In this document: piece after piece, positions 1 to 13,185 of the stretch
Numbering within the stretch: the stretch's first letter is position 1
Layout: each line of letters begins with the position of its first letter
Assembly: GCF_006345805.1 (NCBI RefSeq)
Contig: NC_043026.1
Span: 5,146,001-5,210,000 of the forward strand
DNA length: 64,000 nucleotides
From: Octopus sinensis
Taxonomy: Eukaryota
Direction: 5' to 3'
Notes under the pieces: model-generated
Database searches by the model: none
Seen by the model: the letters and a program-made list of their open reading frames with translations, nothing else
Told to the model about the DNA's origin: nothing
Made by a program: the position numbers and the translations under genes

Positions 1-224
1 CCAGTGCTATCGTTAGTCACATCAATATGAGAGAAGAGGAGAGGGGCAGAAATGGAGATGAATAGGGGTATGTGATGGGAGAGGGGAGTGGTAGAAGGGG
101 TAGTAGACCACTGATGGGGTGGGGGTGTCTATATATGTGTATAAATTACATATACATGCATACATTGTTCAATTTATTGTTTTGTTTTTCCATTTCTGAT
201 TTATATTTATATGTATGTATCTAT

Positions 225-584
225 CAATATTGTGCCCATGCTGGGGCACTGCCTTGAAACGTTTTAAACACATGAATTGACCTCATTTAAAAAAAAAATC
301 TTGATATTTATTTTATTGATTTTTTTGATGAACCACTAGGTTACAGGAATGTAAACACACACCAGTTGCCAAGCGATTGTGGGTAAGAAATACTCACAAA
401 GATCTATGCATTTAGATGTATGTATACATATGATGGGCTTCTTTCAGTTTCCATTTACAAAATTCTCTTACAAAACTTTGGTGGGCATGAGACTGTAGTA
501 GAAGACTCCTGCCCATGGTGGCACACTGTGGGACTGAAACCAGAACCAGGTGGCTGGAAAGCAGACTTCTTACCACCAACCCAC
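225..584 (-). mobile_element. SINE family A copy
   Basis: Reverse complement of family A landmarks (ccatgctggggcac, gggcttctttcagtttcc, gtgggactgaa). Confidence 0.7.
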
Positions 585-1476
585 GTCTGCACCTAAGTAC
601 TCTCTCACACACACATATCTATATATATATATATATATATATGGCTGTATCGTCCTTTGCCTTTCCCATGGACAACATTGGTGACATGGAGAGCAGAGGC
701 TGGAATGCATGGGCAACTGCTGGACTTGTACCTCAGAGGGGAACTTTCTAAGTGCAATCCCATGGTCATTCATGACCGAAGGGAGCCTTTATACTTTTAC
801 CCCCTTTCTCTCCCCCCTTTCTCTCTCTCTCTCACACTCTCTCCCTCTTTCTCTCTCCCTCTCTCTCTCCCTCTCTCTCTTTCTCTCTCTCTCTGATTGG
901 GATTCATGATCAAAAGCATTCCATCCATGACCATCCCAAAATTTTACATCTATTTTGAACTGCACTATCTAAGGGGTCTTTTGATATAAGACAAGGGTGT
1001 GATTAGCAGCAAAATTGGCTGCTATTTCTTGTCTGTTGATTTACCACGTACATAGCCCCTCATTAGCTGAGAGTGTATGTTCTGTTTTGCTGATAAGAGA
1101 AGACTTTGGTCAACATTGTTAATCTAATCTGCTAAAAACAACAAAGAGAGAAGAGCAGTTTATCTGGAGATTATGTCATGTGTTGCAAGGTTGCTTAGAG
1201 AGTGAGTTGGCGAGGGTGGGCATGGATGGCCCCATTGTCATTGCTTAACACAGGATATAATGGGAACAAAGTCATTCCAAAGAATATATTTCAATATCTG
1301 AAGTGGTATTTAAAGTGGTGTGTGTCACGTGGAGAGGTGACTGATAAACACGTGCAAGAAAACTGTATGTGTATGTACGTGTGTGTACATGTGTATGTAT
1401 GTTGTATCCATGTGAATGCATATATGTGGGTATATATGTGTATGTATAGATAGATATATATGTGCATGTGTGTGGG

Positions 1477-1556
<80 letters not shown>

Positions 1557-1577
1557 TAGATGTATGTGTGTATATAT

Positions 1578-1918
1578 GTGAAGGTGCATAGCTCAGTGAT
1601 TAGAGTGTTGAGCTTACGATCGTGAGGTTGTGAGCTCAAATCCCGGACTGGGCTCCGTGTTGTGTACTTGAGCAAGACACTTTATTTCACGTTGCTCCAG
1701 TTCACTCAGCCTTAGAAATGAGTTGCAGTGTCACAGGTGGTAAGCTGTATCGGCCCCTTTGCCTTTCCCTTGGATAACACTGGTGGTGTAGAGTGGGGAG
1801 GCTGGTATGCATGGGTGACTGCTGGTCTTCCATAAACAACCTTGCCCGGACTTATGCCTGGGAGGGTAACTTTCTAGGTGCAATCCCATGGTCAGTGTCG
1901 TGACTGAAGGGGGTCTCT
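1578..1918 (+). mobile_element. tRNA-headed SINE with central conserved domain (family C in this report)
   Basis: A box tagctcagtgatta, B box gagctcaaatcc, then ttgagcaagacacttta...gttgctccagttcactcagc. 3' parts recur at ~640-800 and ~30730-30890. Confidence 0.7.
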
Positions 1919-1959
1919 CAGATATATATATGCATGTACGTGAAGGGATTCGTGATGTG

Positions 1960-3235
1960 TCTGACTTCTATTTACTAAGATTTTTCTAGGTTAACTCTAA
2001 GGCCCTTCTATTCTAGACCTTGCTTCCATACCTGAAACATTCCTCTGTTATTGCCTGGAGAACTATGATGAACAAGAGGGTGCTGGGAACCGATCCTTGG
2101 TGAATACCTACTTATACCCTGAATTCTTCACTGTACTCCTTGCCAACGATCACCTTGCTGATAGCGTCCCTGTGTACTGCTTGAATGGCTCACCAACAGC
2201 TTGTCTAGCCCTAGTTTCAGCATTGACGACCAGATAAGTGATCGGGGGCCCCTGTCAAAGGCTTTCTCCAAGTCAACAAAAGCCAAGTACAGAGGTTTAT
2301 TTTTGGTTACATATTTCTCTTTGTTGTGGAGATCACTAGCATCTAAATCTGTCCAATAGAATCGAATGGATAGTTGTAGAACTCTCTAGAATATTCTATT
2401 GGACAGATTTAGATGCTAGCACTCTCCATAACACTCCTGAAGCTGCCCTTCCAGAAATATAGCATCAGAGGTGCTTCTCCTGGCACCACAAAACCAAAGT
2501 GCATCTCTTCTAGACTAACTCTCTCCCTAATTAGTTTGGTTAGGACCCTCTCGGCAACTTACATCATTTGATTCAACAATTTGATACCTCTGCAATTATT
2601 CCTATCTAAAGCATCACCTTCCCATTTGTAGCAGTTCACTATGGTGCTGCTACACCAGTCATTGGGTATGACTCCTTCGTGAACAACTTGATATGAGTGA
2701 GTAGACCATTACCCACACATGTCAAGATATTTTAAGGATCTCAGCAGTGATTCCTGATGGGCCGGGGCCTTTCCCTGTTTACATATTCTTAATTGCTTTA
2801 TCTATCAAGATACTGTCACTTTTGATAGCTGGTCCCTCACTTGGGTCAACATTTGGCAGACTCTCCTCCCATTCATTCTCCACGTCCAGCAGTCTTTCAT
2901 AATGGAATTTCTAAGCCTCTTTCCTTGCCAAATCATTAAATGCTAGTGAACCATCATCCATGTGGACACATTTCTCTCCTATGACATCACAAATCTCTCT
3001 CATACACTGTCTTGCATTCGAAAACACTTCAAGACTCTGGTTCTCATATCGCTAAACATAGGCAAACTTCTTTTCTGCTTCTCTCTTGGCTAGATAGACC
3101 TGTCCCCTAGCTTTCCTTCTGGTTATCTGATACGGTTTCCTCCTACCCCCAATCTTCTTTGCTCTAATGGCCTTGTCAACAGCATTGTTCCTCTACCATG
3201 TCACCCTAGGTCTGGATGGGACTTTGCACCAGCTG
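1960..3235 (-). mobile_element. RTE-clade LINE RT fragment (decayed)
   Basis: GKAPGPSGITAE and KPLYLAFVDLEKAFDR motifs with stops and frameshifts. Confidence 0.8.
2322..2433. mobile_element. 112-bp hairpin insertion within the RTE fragment
   Basis: Perfect 27-bp inverted arms at 2336-2362 and 2393-2419, extended by imperfect outer arms. It interrupts the RTE QEKY motif. Confidence 0.7.
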
Positions 3236-3334
3236 CAGATTTGGCGCGTACATATGTAAACACATATATATATGTGTGTATGTATGTATATGTATATATA
3301 CAGATATATGTATGTATGTGTATACGTGTGTGTA

Positions 3335-4290
3335 TTAAATTACTGGACCAGGTTATAAATGTCCCTGCAAGAGCCGTAGCCCAGTTAATGAAGAAGACAG
3401 TTAACAATGAGTACAGCGAGATGAATTTAGTGTGCGAGTGGGAGTTCAATCATGGGTCAGTCATGAGACCTCTCTTAGTTTTCATAGTCGTCAAGGCCAT
3501 AACGGAGGAATTTAAGACTGGTTACCCATGGGAACTCCTCTATGATGAAGATCTTGTTCTTACAGCTGAAACTTAGGAGAATTAATTTGAGAATTCCAAA
3601 TGTGAAAACAAAACCAGGAATGAAAGGGTCTTAAAGTTAAGTTGGCAAAGACCCAAGTTCAAGTTAGCAGAAAAATAGGACAGTAATAAGTTTGGGTAAA
3701 TGACCCTGTTCCATGTATAGACATTGTGTAGGCAGAAATTGCTTACAATGTCCTCAGTGCAAACCATGGACGCATAAGAGGTGTAGTGGTATGAGAGGAA
3801 TGTAAAGAGAGAGAGAACAGAAGTTGTTTGTGGCAGATGTGCAGGAGCAATAAGTAATAAGAGAACATGGGAAACAGATGTTGTGGAATACCTAGGAGGC
3901 TCCCTAGAAATAGTAGACAGATTCTGTTATCTAGGTGAGCTAATTAATAGTGGAGGAGGATAGACTGAAAGGATATTTATTGGAATAAGATGTGAGTGGA
4001 GAAAGCTTAGAGAACTTTTATGTAAGTTGGTAATGAAAGACTTTTCTCTCAGAGTGAAAGGTAGGTTGTACGATGCCTATATACAAACAGCAAAGCTACA
4101 CAGTTGTGAAAGTTAGGCGTTGAATGCAGAAGATATAGAAAGAGAAGAAACTAGCATTCTCCACTGGATGTGCAATACCAGGGTGCTTTTAGGACAAAGA
4201 AATGTGCTGAGAAAATTGGAGACATCAGATGTGGTGTACAAGATAGATGACTGCGCTGGCATGGTCATGTAAGGTGGACAGAGGTGGAGG
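3335..4290 (+). mobile_element. RTE-clade LINE RT/C-terminal fragment (decayed)
   Basis: KLLDQV, ITEEFKTGYPWELLY, VDRFCYLG and LRVKGRLYDA motifs. Confidence 0.8.
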
Positions 4291-4299
4291 AAATGGTCT

Positions 4300-4800
4300 G
4301 ATGACATTTTGGCACCTTGGACTGGCAGGTTCTAAGGATCGAGGAGCTCATTCTGTGAACCATATTGACTTTAGTGTTGATGAGAACACTCCAGTCGAGA
4401 CTGTTTCCAACAGCTACTCCTAAGTCTCTACTTTTGGATGCTGTGAGTAGTTCCTCTGATGGAAGAGAATATGGTCGGCTGAGGGCATTCTCTTTTGCAA
4501 ACTGCACGTGTTCAGTTTGGTCTTCTTTGCTGCTTCAGTGTGTGAGACAGTTATGGTAGAGATAATATGCTGAGGGTTGACCTCGTTCACATCCCTTGCA
4601 TCAATATCAGTGGGATCGCTAAAGGCAGGACAGTATTGTTTCTGTAGTACTTGAGCCATGTCTTTAGCGTTGTGGTGGAGAATCCTGTTATTGTCTCTCA
4701 ATGGACCTACGGGTGGGGCAGCGGTCTTATGCTTGCTATGCATCAACAATGAAGTCAATATAGCTTGCAGGACGAGCTCCTGGATCCTGGAGAGCAAGAT
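4300..4800 (-). mobile_element. CR1-like ORF2 fragments
   Basis: VGPLRDNNRILHHNAKDMAQVLQKQYCPAFSDP resembles the CR1 pre-RT linker. Confidence 0.5.
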
Positions 4801-4924
4801 GCAATTGTTCCCCCACTCTCCTCTTATGAGCAGCCACACCTAAAATGATGGTGCCCCCTACGGCCCCTCACCCCTGCCCCACACCAAACAAAACATTAAG
4901 AGAAATGAGTCACTCCAGAGAGCA

Positions 4925-5400
4925 ATCATTAAAGAAATACAAAGTATGACTCGTCTTGATTATTGGGACCACATTAAAGCATTGAAACTTTATTCTCTCC
5001 AAAGCCATCTTGCACGATCTGGCGAATACATGACCAGCCTTGCTGAAACAACATTAATATTTGATTCAGAATACATCCAGGGCTAGGGTGGCCACGTGTC
5101 ACATGGCCCCTACACAATTCAGGATCACAACACATGAATCCACAGCAATATAATTCTTTTCCTCAACAGGACCCTATTCCATATAATGTTATCCAAAAAC
5201 AAATCAAAGAAAAAAAAATACTATCCCATTCCCTTTAAATGAAACCTGGACAAAGTTCCTCAGGGGATACCAGAGAAACCCCCAATACCTGGGTACATCT
5301 CACTCAACAACTCCCTACGTGAATGGGGCTCAATACCACCAAATATGACTTGAAAACGATTTAATAGATCCTATGAGGGGATGCTATTAAGTCAGACATG
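4925..5400 (+). mobile_element. CR1-like ORF2 C-terminal remnants
   Basis: LDYWDHIKALKLYSLQ and LDKFLQGIPEKPPIPGY-like translations. Confidence 0.45.
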
Positions 5401-5544
5401 GTTGGGGCTAGTCTTTGGCCAAAATGTATTTCAGTTTTTAAATTGATACATATATATATAGACATACGTACGTACATATGTATGTATGTATCATAATCAT
5501 CATCTAACATAGCTTGTTTCCAGTTTATGTGTGTGTGTGTGCAC

Positions 5545-5890
5545 TATACAAGTTTCAGTCATTAAACTACGCCCATGATGGAGCAATGCCCTGATGACAT
5601 TTAGTCAAACGAATCAACTCCTGTACTTACTATGTTTTAAGACTAGAACCTATTCTGTCAATCTCCTTTTGCCAAGTCGCTAAGTTACAGGAACATGAAC
5701 ACACCAACACTGGTTGTCAAGCAGTGGGAGGGGAGAGACAAACACACACTTGGAGATGATGGGCTTCTTTCAGTTTCCGTTTACCACATCCTCTCACAAG
5801 GTTTTTCTCAGCCTGTGGCTGTAGTCGATGACAACAGCCCAAGGTGCCATGCAATGGGACTGAACCCGGAACCATGTGGCTTTACAAAGT
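5545..5890 (-). mobile_element. SINE family A copy
   Basis: Same reversed landmarks. Confidence 0.7.
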
Positions 5891-6302
5891 GATACTACAC
5901 ACACACATACACAGTTATCATAGCTGTTGCTCTTGTATACACACACCGTACCCCCATTAACGCCCCCTTACCTACCCCCAACTCCTCTTTATATATCTTC
6001 TGTGATATTGCACCCCTATCAGCTCTTATCCTGTTTGCAGACCCTCCTCCCTGCCACCTGCCATCATTTATTGTGAAATTCTCTTCAACTTTGAGATTTG
6101 CCAAAGAAATAAGAGATTGCAATATCAGAGGAAACAATGACTCCTTGCCATTATCTCCTTCACCTCAACTACCAACACCACTGCATTGCACACACGCCCT
6201 TGCCTACACATCCATCTAGCTAATAGTCTCTTTCTGTCCTTCTCTCCTTCTGTCTGTCTCTCTTTCACTCCCCTCTCTCTCTCTCTGTACATATATATAT
6301 AA

Positions 6303-6378
<76 letters not shown>

Positions 6379-6382
<4 letters not shown>

Positions 6383-6670
6383 TCATCATCAGTTAACGTC
6401 CGCTTTCCATGCTAGCATGGGTTGGACGGTTCAGCTGGGGTCTGGGGAGCCCGAAAGCTGCACCAGTCCAGTCAAATCTGGCAGTGTTTCTACAGCTGGA
6501 TGCCCTTCCTAACGCCAACCACTCCGAGAGTGTAGTGGGTGATTTTATGTGCCACCGACACAGGTGCCAGACGAGGCTGGCAAACGGCCACGCTCGGATG
6601 GTGTTTATTTATGTGCCACCGACACAGGTGCCAGATGAGGCTGGCAAACGGCCACGATCGGATGGTGTTT
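6379..6670 (-). mobile_element. RTE 3' UTR/tail fragment with two ~65-nt tandem units
   Basis: Reverse complement of the RTE tail (catcatcatc...ggatgcccttcctaacgccaaccactccgagagtgtagtggg), followed by the duplicated unit tgtgccaccgacacaggtgccag. Confidence 0.75.
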
Positions 6671-6940
6671 GTTACGTGCTCACAGTGGTTAGGGAGCTTG
6701 CTTCCTAGCTACATGGTTTCGGGTTCAGTCCCACTGCGTGGCACTTTGAGTAGGTGTCTTCCACTATGGCCCCGAGCCAACCGAAGCTTTGTGATTGAAT
6801 TCGGTTGGCGGGAGTTACTGCCGTGTGTGTATGTGTGCGTATAGCTGCTCAGTGCCTCTCCGAAAGAGAGAGAGGGATATATATATATATATATATATCA
6901 TAAATCTCTGAGCGAGGTATGAACAGTAACTGCACAACAT

Positions 6941-7330
6941 TGTGAAGTATATTTGCCACCTAAATATGGCTAACCCTTAAGGGTTGATGCTACTGTAGCT
7001 TGTAGCCCCAGGAAGACATCTCCTCCAGCTGGCTATTGACAAACTTTCTGTGCCCTATCAGTATTTGCAAAGGGAAGCCATCCTTCCCATCTTCAACCTG
7101 ACGTGATACACACGGACCCGAGTTTCTGGACATTGACCTGTCCAGAAACTCCGGTCCATGTGTATAATGTCAGACTGGAGAAGGGAAGGATGGCTTCCCT
7201 TTGCAAATACTGATAGGGCACAGAAAGTGTGTCAATAGCCAGCTGGAGGAGATGTCGTCCTGGGGCTACAAGCTACAGTGGCATCAACCCTTAAGGGTTA
7301 GCCACATTTAGGTGGCATATATACCTCACA
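6941..7330. mobile_element. ~390-bp near-perfect fold-back element
   Basis: Arms are reverse-complementary from the tips to a 6-nt loop (ttgacc, 7133-7138) with scattered mismatches. Confidence 0.85.
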
Positions 7331-7611
7331 GTATATATATATGTATATTTATATATATTTTAGTGGGGTAGGTCGACTTCATTGACCCTGCTGCCTCACT
7401 GCTACTTTCTTTATCGACCCTGAAAGAATTAAAAGCAATGTCAACTTTGGCAGAATGTGAACTGAGAGCGCAAAGATGGACGGAATGGCGCTAAGCATCT
7501 TGTCCGATTTGCTCACGACTCTCCAAGCTTGCCCCGGCAGAATCGCTAGCACACCGGGAGAAATGATTAGCAGTATTTCGTTTGCCTTCACATTCTGAGT
7601 TCAAATTCCGT

Positions 7612-8040
7612 CTACCAAATCCACTCAGAAGGCTTTGGTTGGCCCGAGGCTATGGTACAAGACACTTACCCAAGGTGCCATGCAGTGGGATTGAACCCAG
7701 AACCACACAGTTGGGAAGCAATCTATACAGATATACACATGTATTCTTTTATTCTTTTACTTGTTTCAGTCATTTGACTGCGGCCATGCTGGGGCTTCAC
7801 CTTGAAGCGTTTTTGTCAAACAATTTGACCCCCCCCCCAGGTAAGTATTCTATCAGTTGCTTTGCCGAACCGCTGAGTTATGCAGACATCAATACACCGA
7901 CTCCTGTTCTCAAGCGCTGATGAGTGGACAAACGCAGACACACACACACACATTTATATTTGTGTGTGTGTCTGTGTTTGTCCTCCGACCAGCGCTTGAT
8001 CGCCGATGTTGGTTTGTTTATATCCCCATAACTTAGCGGC
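7612..8040. mobile_element. Cluster of SINE family A fragments in both orientations
   Basis: 5' half reversed at 7612-7720, 3' half reversed at 7745-7935, middle part forward at 7960-8040. Confidence 0.6.
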
Positions 8041-8419
8041 TCTGCCTGTAAACATTCAGTGATGCTCTACATATCGCCAATAGCTTACCGGCTGCTATTT
8101 CTAGCAATGATCGTACTTCGTGTACGCCTGCTTTCTATTTTTATAATTCTACCTTTTATGGTGCTTTATTCTTGCTGAGCAATAAAATTATTTTTAATAA
8201 TATTTATATTTGTATATATATACACACATGTGTATGCATACCACTTCTACATACACTCATTTATGTGTGTACGCATATATACATATATGCATTTACGCGT
8301 GTAGAATCATACATCTCCCTCTCTCTGTATCTATCAACTCACTGAAAATGTTCAACACTTGATATTTCCTTTATAGTGAATTCTTGTGTAGTAAATACAC
8401 ACACACACACACACACACT

Positions 8420-8735
8420 TTATCGGTCGCATATTGATAGTGTATGTGTTTTGTTTATCCGCCAGTTTGTTGCGGGATAGCATTCTGGGGAGACTCCCTA
8501 CATAACGACGGGTGTTAAAGAACACTGAATGCATGGTACCCGGGAGCTCCAATAATGGGGAAATATCGATATCTACCATTCTAGCTCATGTAGGGGACAG
8601 TTGTCTGGCCTGTTCGGAGACATTCAGTGTTTTTTAACACTCGGGGTCGCGTAGGGAGATTTCCCTCAATGCTATTCCGTGATAAATGTGTGTATAAAGA
8701 TAATATATACACTATGCATGTACAGCCGAGAATGT
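8420..8735. mobile_element. Older, diverged fold-back/MITE
   Basis: 8420-8535 is an imperfect inverted repeat of 8620-8735; the opposite-strand ORFs 8352..8579 and 8627..8842 translate to similar peptides. Confidence 0.6.
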
Positions 8736-8757
8736 TTGTATATACAAGTACCTGGAT

Positions 8758-9962
8758 GTCTGGGTCATATTTAACGATCTGCTATGTCTTGTTTCTTAAG
8801 GAACCACTTGATATGTTGGCGATCAGTGAAAGGTATCGTTGAGAAAAACAAAGTTAGCTGAGATGGAGGTGAGGCAGGCATCTGCATATTAGAAACGAGT
8901 TACCTGTATCATATGATTCAACCCAGGTACCCAAATGCCAACATCCTGACTGGTGCTCAATGCTTTGTGAACATTTATAAGGCTGTAACACGTGACATGG
9001 AGAACTGCAATGGAGACTACGACACCATGGCCAGAAGGAAAGGGCACATCAGTGGTCCTGACTGGATCTGAATGCCAAGGTTCATCCCACAACGGCAGGG
9101 GAAGGGGATGTAAGACCCAAACAAAGGAATGTGGGCTTTGGTGAGCGAGATGGGTGTCAGAGTTGCCACTGTGAAGCTGATCCTGAAGAAGGACCTGTGC
9201 TACCACTACACGAGTGGTAGCAAAGGACAAATTCTGATAGCCAAGTTCAAGGAGGACCTCCTGACCAAGGCCAAAAGATCTCCTGAACAAGGTAAGGCAT
9301 CCCGTTGAACCAAGAATTGTCTGGTTATTCACAGTTGTAAGAAAACAAATCCACGTGATGTGCTGTGTATCATGAAAAACAAAGTTGCCCAAAACAGTGA
9401 CTGTCTTTGAGTGTATCTTGAGTGAGGGTGACATCGTACTACCCCTCAGGGCTTTTGGGTCAATTCAGAGGGTTATGTGGAGACTCTGTTGAAACCCTGG
9501 CTGGAGAAATTTCTGCTGGAATGCCATATGTGTGGCAGCAGGATTACTATGTCTCCATACTTCCAGAAATAATCAAAAGTGGTTGTCGGAGAATTTCTTT
9601 GACTTCACCAGCCCCCATTTCTTAATTTCTAAACCCCGTGATTGCAAATCCATGGATTATTATGTGTGAAGCGCAGTTGGGAAAGACATGAACCTCTCTC
9701 TCTGCAACACAAAGTCTGAGCTGATGGTCAAGATGAAGAAGGCATTCGAAGATCATCTGAGGAACTCAACGAGGAACACAAGGGCTAGGTTCCAGAGACA
9801 CCTTGAGGCCCTGGTGGCAGTTGAGGGTGGCTACTTTGATTAAACTGTTTTATCCCAACCGTAACATGGTTGATTTTTCAATTATTTAAAAATACTTTTA
9901 CTTTTGGATGGGATATGGTCCTTTCATTTCCGTTTGTGCAAACTGTCAAATATCACCCCAAG
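8758..9962 (+). mobile_element. maT/Tc1-mariner-type DNA transposon, decayed transposase, imperfect TIRs
   Basis: PYVWQQD, D-NPMDYYV and C-terminal AVEGGYFD motifs. 5' tgggtcatatttaac (8761-8775) vs 3' gtcaaatatcacccca (9945-9960) are near-inverted. Confidence 0.65.
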
Positions 9963-10472
9963 ATGAAGCATGAGCCCCTAAGTGGCTTTTCAATCCCAAA
10001 AACTGTTTGAAATTTGCATCACAAACAATGCAAATAAGTTTCACATCAAGTGGTACAGTGTTGTTTGTCTTGTCTGATTTATGGATATTTAAATGCCTTT
10101 TTAGACCAAGGCAGGACTTAAATGTCTTATTACAAATATGACACATGAAAGGCGGTGAGCTGGCAGAAACGTTAGCACACCAGGGGAAATGCTTAGGGGT
10201 ATTTCGTCTTTACGTTCTGAGTTCAAATTCTGCCGAGGTCGACTTTGCCTTTCATTCTTTCGGGGTTGATAAATTAAGTACCAGTTGCATACTGGGGTCG
10301 ATCTAATCGACTGGCCCCCTCCCCCAAAATTTCGGGCCTTGTGCCTAGAGTAGAAAAGAATATGACACATGAGCATGTTTGCTAGAATGATCTTACAGCC
10401 AGTTTCATGAAGATGAGTTCTCAGATGTGAAGTTAAGCAACTGAGGGACGACACAGTTTCTATGTTTAGCAA
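9946..10472 (-). pseudogene. C2H2 zinc-finger-containing ORF remnant split by the SINE at 10149-10358
   Basis: Removing the SINE and one TSD joins ...LTSHLRTHLHETGCKIILANMLMCH to ICNKTFKSCLGLKRHLNIH...ICIVCDANFKQFLGLKSHLGAH in frame. Confidence 0.6.
10149..10358 (+). mobile_element. tRNA-headed SINE (family B) with 14-bp TSD
   Basis: ggcggtgagctggcagaaacgttagc...ttctgagttcaaattc head; TSD aatatgacacatga at 10135-10148 and 10359-10372. Confidence 0.9.
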
Positions 10473-10560
10473 GGGCTTTCTTTGCTGTACTTCTCTTTTT
10501 ATTTGTCCCTAGTTTTGCTTATTTTCTATAAAATCTTTCCAATTGGTATATACACACGTT

Positions 10561-10592
<32 letters not shown>

Positions 10593-10789
10593 CAAGCGTG
10601 CCTGCGTGTGTATTATTCAGATTAATTTGTTTCTTATTTTCCAACATTATTTCAATTCTCCTCAAAATATATTTATCCAGACTTTTACGAGTGTTTAGTA
10701 TGTCTATTTTTCTCTTCAGTTTATGTTTGTCATTTTGAGAGTTCAATAAACTTGACCACCTATCAGGAAAATGAGGTTGGAGTGTCAAA

Positions 10790-11180
10790 GAGGATCGATA
10801 GAAGGAGCGCATCCATGAGGATTCATGCCAGTTCTTTAGGGAATTGAACCAGCAGATGGGAGGTTCTCATGGGACCGTCGCGAATCACCTACACTCGATG
10901 GGTAAGGTCCTAAATCTTGTTGCATGGGTACCATACGGTCTGAACAAAAGAGACACACTCCAGGCTACCCGTGGACACAGGCCGAGATTTCTTTACCCCA
11001 TTGTCGCTCTCCAACAGTCTGCAAGGCGCTTCGTTCAACTCGGCCATGAAGTTGAAAACAGGGCTCAATGAATTCTTCGATTGCAAGACCAGGAAATTTC
11101 TACCGTCCGGGCATTGAGAAGCTAACAAAATATTGGTAAGGAGTTGTGATCAATGAAGGAGAATATTTTATTGACTGATT
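10790..11180 (+). mobile_element. Internally deleted mariner transposase remnant
   Basis: HGTVANHLHSMGKVLNLVAWVPYGL (WVPHEL-like) joined directly to the C-terminal GIEKL...EGEYFID. Confidence 0.65.
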
Positions 11181-11598
11181 TGGTAAAAATTATGGATGAA
11201 AAAATATGGATTAGAATAAATGGGGGAAAAAATGAAACAATTTATCTGAGAATGCGATGTGTGTGTCTATGGAAAGATCCTTTAAAAACCTCTTCACAGT
11301 GCCTATTGCCCTGATATCGCCCCTAATGGTCATCACTTATTTAAGCATTTTGAGCTTTTCTTAAGCAATAAAACATTCTTAGATACATACACACATATAT
11401 ACACACCCATACATAGATAGATAGATAGAATCGAAATGAAAATAATTACTGCTAATATGAAGTAATTGGTTTCAGTATGAAGTAATTAATGAGTAAATTA
11501 CTGTTCCCTTTGAAGACCCCTGCCTGCCACCTTTTTTTCTTACCTCAAGTGGGAGATTCATCCGCATTTAACAACTGGCAACTCTCTGCTGCTGTCTG

Positions 11599-11644
<46 letters not shown>

Positions 11645-11649
11645 CTCTC

Positions 11650-11685
<36 letters not shown>

Positions 11686-12753
11686 TTTATCGCTCAGTAT
11701 CTCTCTATCACTTCCTTTCTCTCTGTCGCACTCATTCAATCGCAATCACTCTTTTCCTCTATCTCTCTCCGTCTGTTCGCACACCACATTGACAAGTGTT
11801 CACGTATATCTATGTACGTACAGATATATATCTATATGTATAATATGTACTTATGTATGCACACATCTATGAAAATATGTATGTTGTCTTATTCATTTAG
11901 AATAAATTTTGGTCGGCATTCTGCTTGGGGTGGTGAGGAAATCGTCTTGTTTTGGTCATCATTTTTTAAATCTTAGGAATATCTTACAGATTTCATCGTT
12001 CTGGATATTGTGCTAGAATTAAAGCATTTCCTTCGTCCCCCAATACCCCCAGTTCAGCCATATTTCACTCTTAACTGGTTGGTACATATGCTACTGCTCA
12101 AATAACACAAGGGGCAAGTTTATCCTGGCTAAGGGATTTGCAAACACCTTATCAATCGTTGATAGACTTTCGCATTCCCTTCTATTTTTCCAGCCCCTTT
12201 GCTGACCATAAGACTGTTGATTTCTACAACAGAACATGTTTCTTTTTTTTGTTTTGCTTCATTATAATATGTATGTATGTGTATGTATGCATGTATGTAC
12301 GTAAGCATTGTATGTGTGTATACGTGAATGTATGTATATATGCATGCATATATGTATGTATGCGTACGTATGCACGAATGCCTGTGCGTACGTATGTGTC
12401 TAAATGCATGCAAGTATGTATCCAGACATTTGTATTTGTGATGTAAATGCTGAGATGTTTGAAAAGAACCCATCCTCGCTGCTTTCTTGCTTTGTTTCTT
12501 TCCTTCCTGCTTTTGCTTCTCACATTCTCACCCTCTCTTCTTCCCTCTCACTCCCTCCATTTTTTGCACAGATCTTCGTCATCCTGCTAAATTCCTCATC
12601 ACCTACAGGGGCAGGAATTTCAGTTCCATCGAATGCTTTCCATTTTCTCAACAGACAAAGGCAGGAACAGCTGAAACTATTTCTTGTAAATATTTACCAT
12701 CAATATTTCAGACATTTTTTAAAAGACTTGAATGTATGCCAGCAGTTGTTTTA

Positions 12754-12787
<34 letters not shown>

Positions 12788-13028
12788 TGTTCTTTTAGTG
12801 AGGGAAAGAGAGAGAAAAAAAGAAAAATAGAGAGAAAGGAGACAAAGGAAGAGAGACAGAGAGTGAGAAAGAAAGAGGGAAATAGACAGATAGAGAAGAA
12901 AGAAAATCATAGTGATGGTGCCTGGTTTTATTTTCAGTTTTTGGAACTAACAGAGAAATAGAATCTCTCTTATATATATATATGGAGAGAAAATATTTTC
13001 CTCAGAGAGTTAAGATCAAGAAAAGAAC

Positions 13029-13064
<36 letters not shown>

Positions 13065-13185
13065 GATCTCAGTAAGTAATAGTGAAATGAATTTACAAAT
13101 GCTGAATGGGGTCAAGGTTTTCCCTGAAATTCCGACGCTATTTTACAGGAATGCAGGGCAAGGCTTTGTGTGGTTGACTTTTTGT

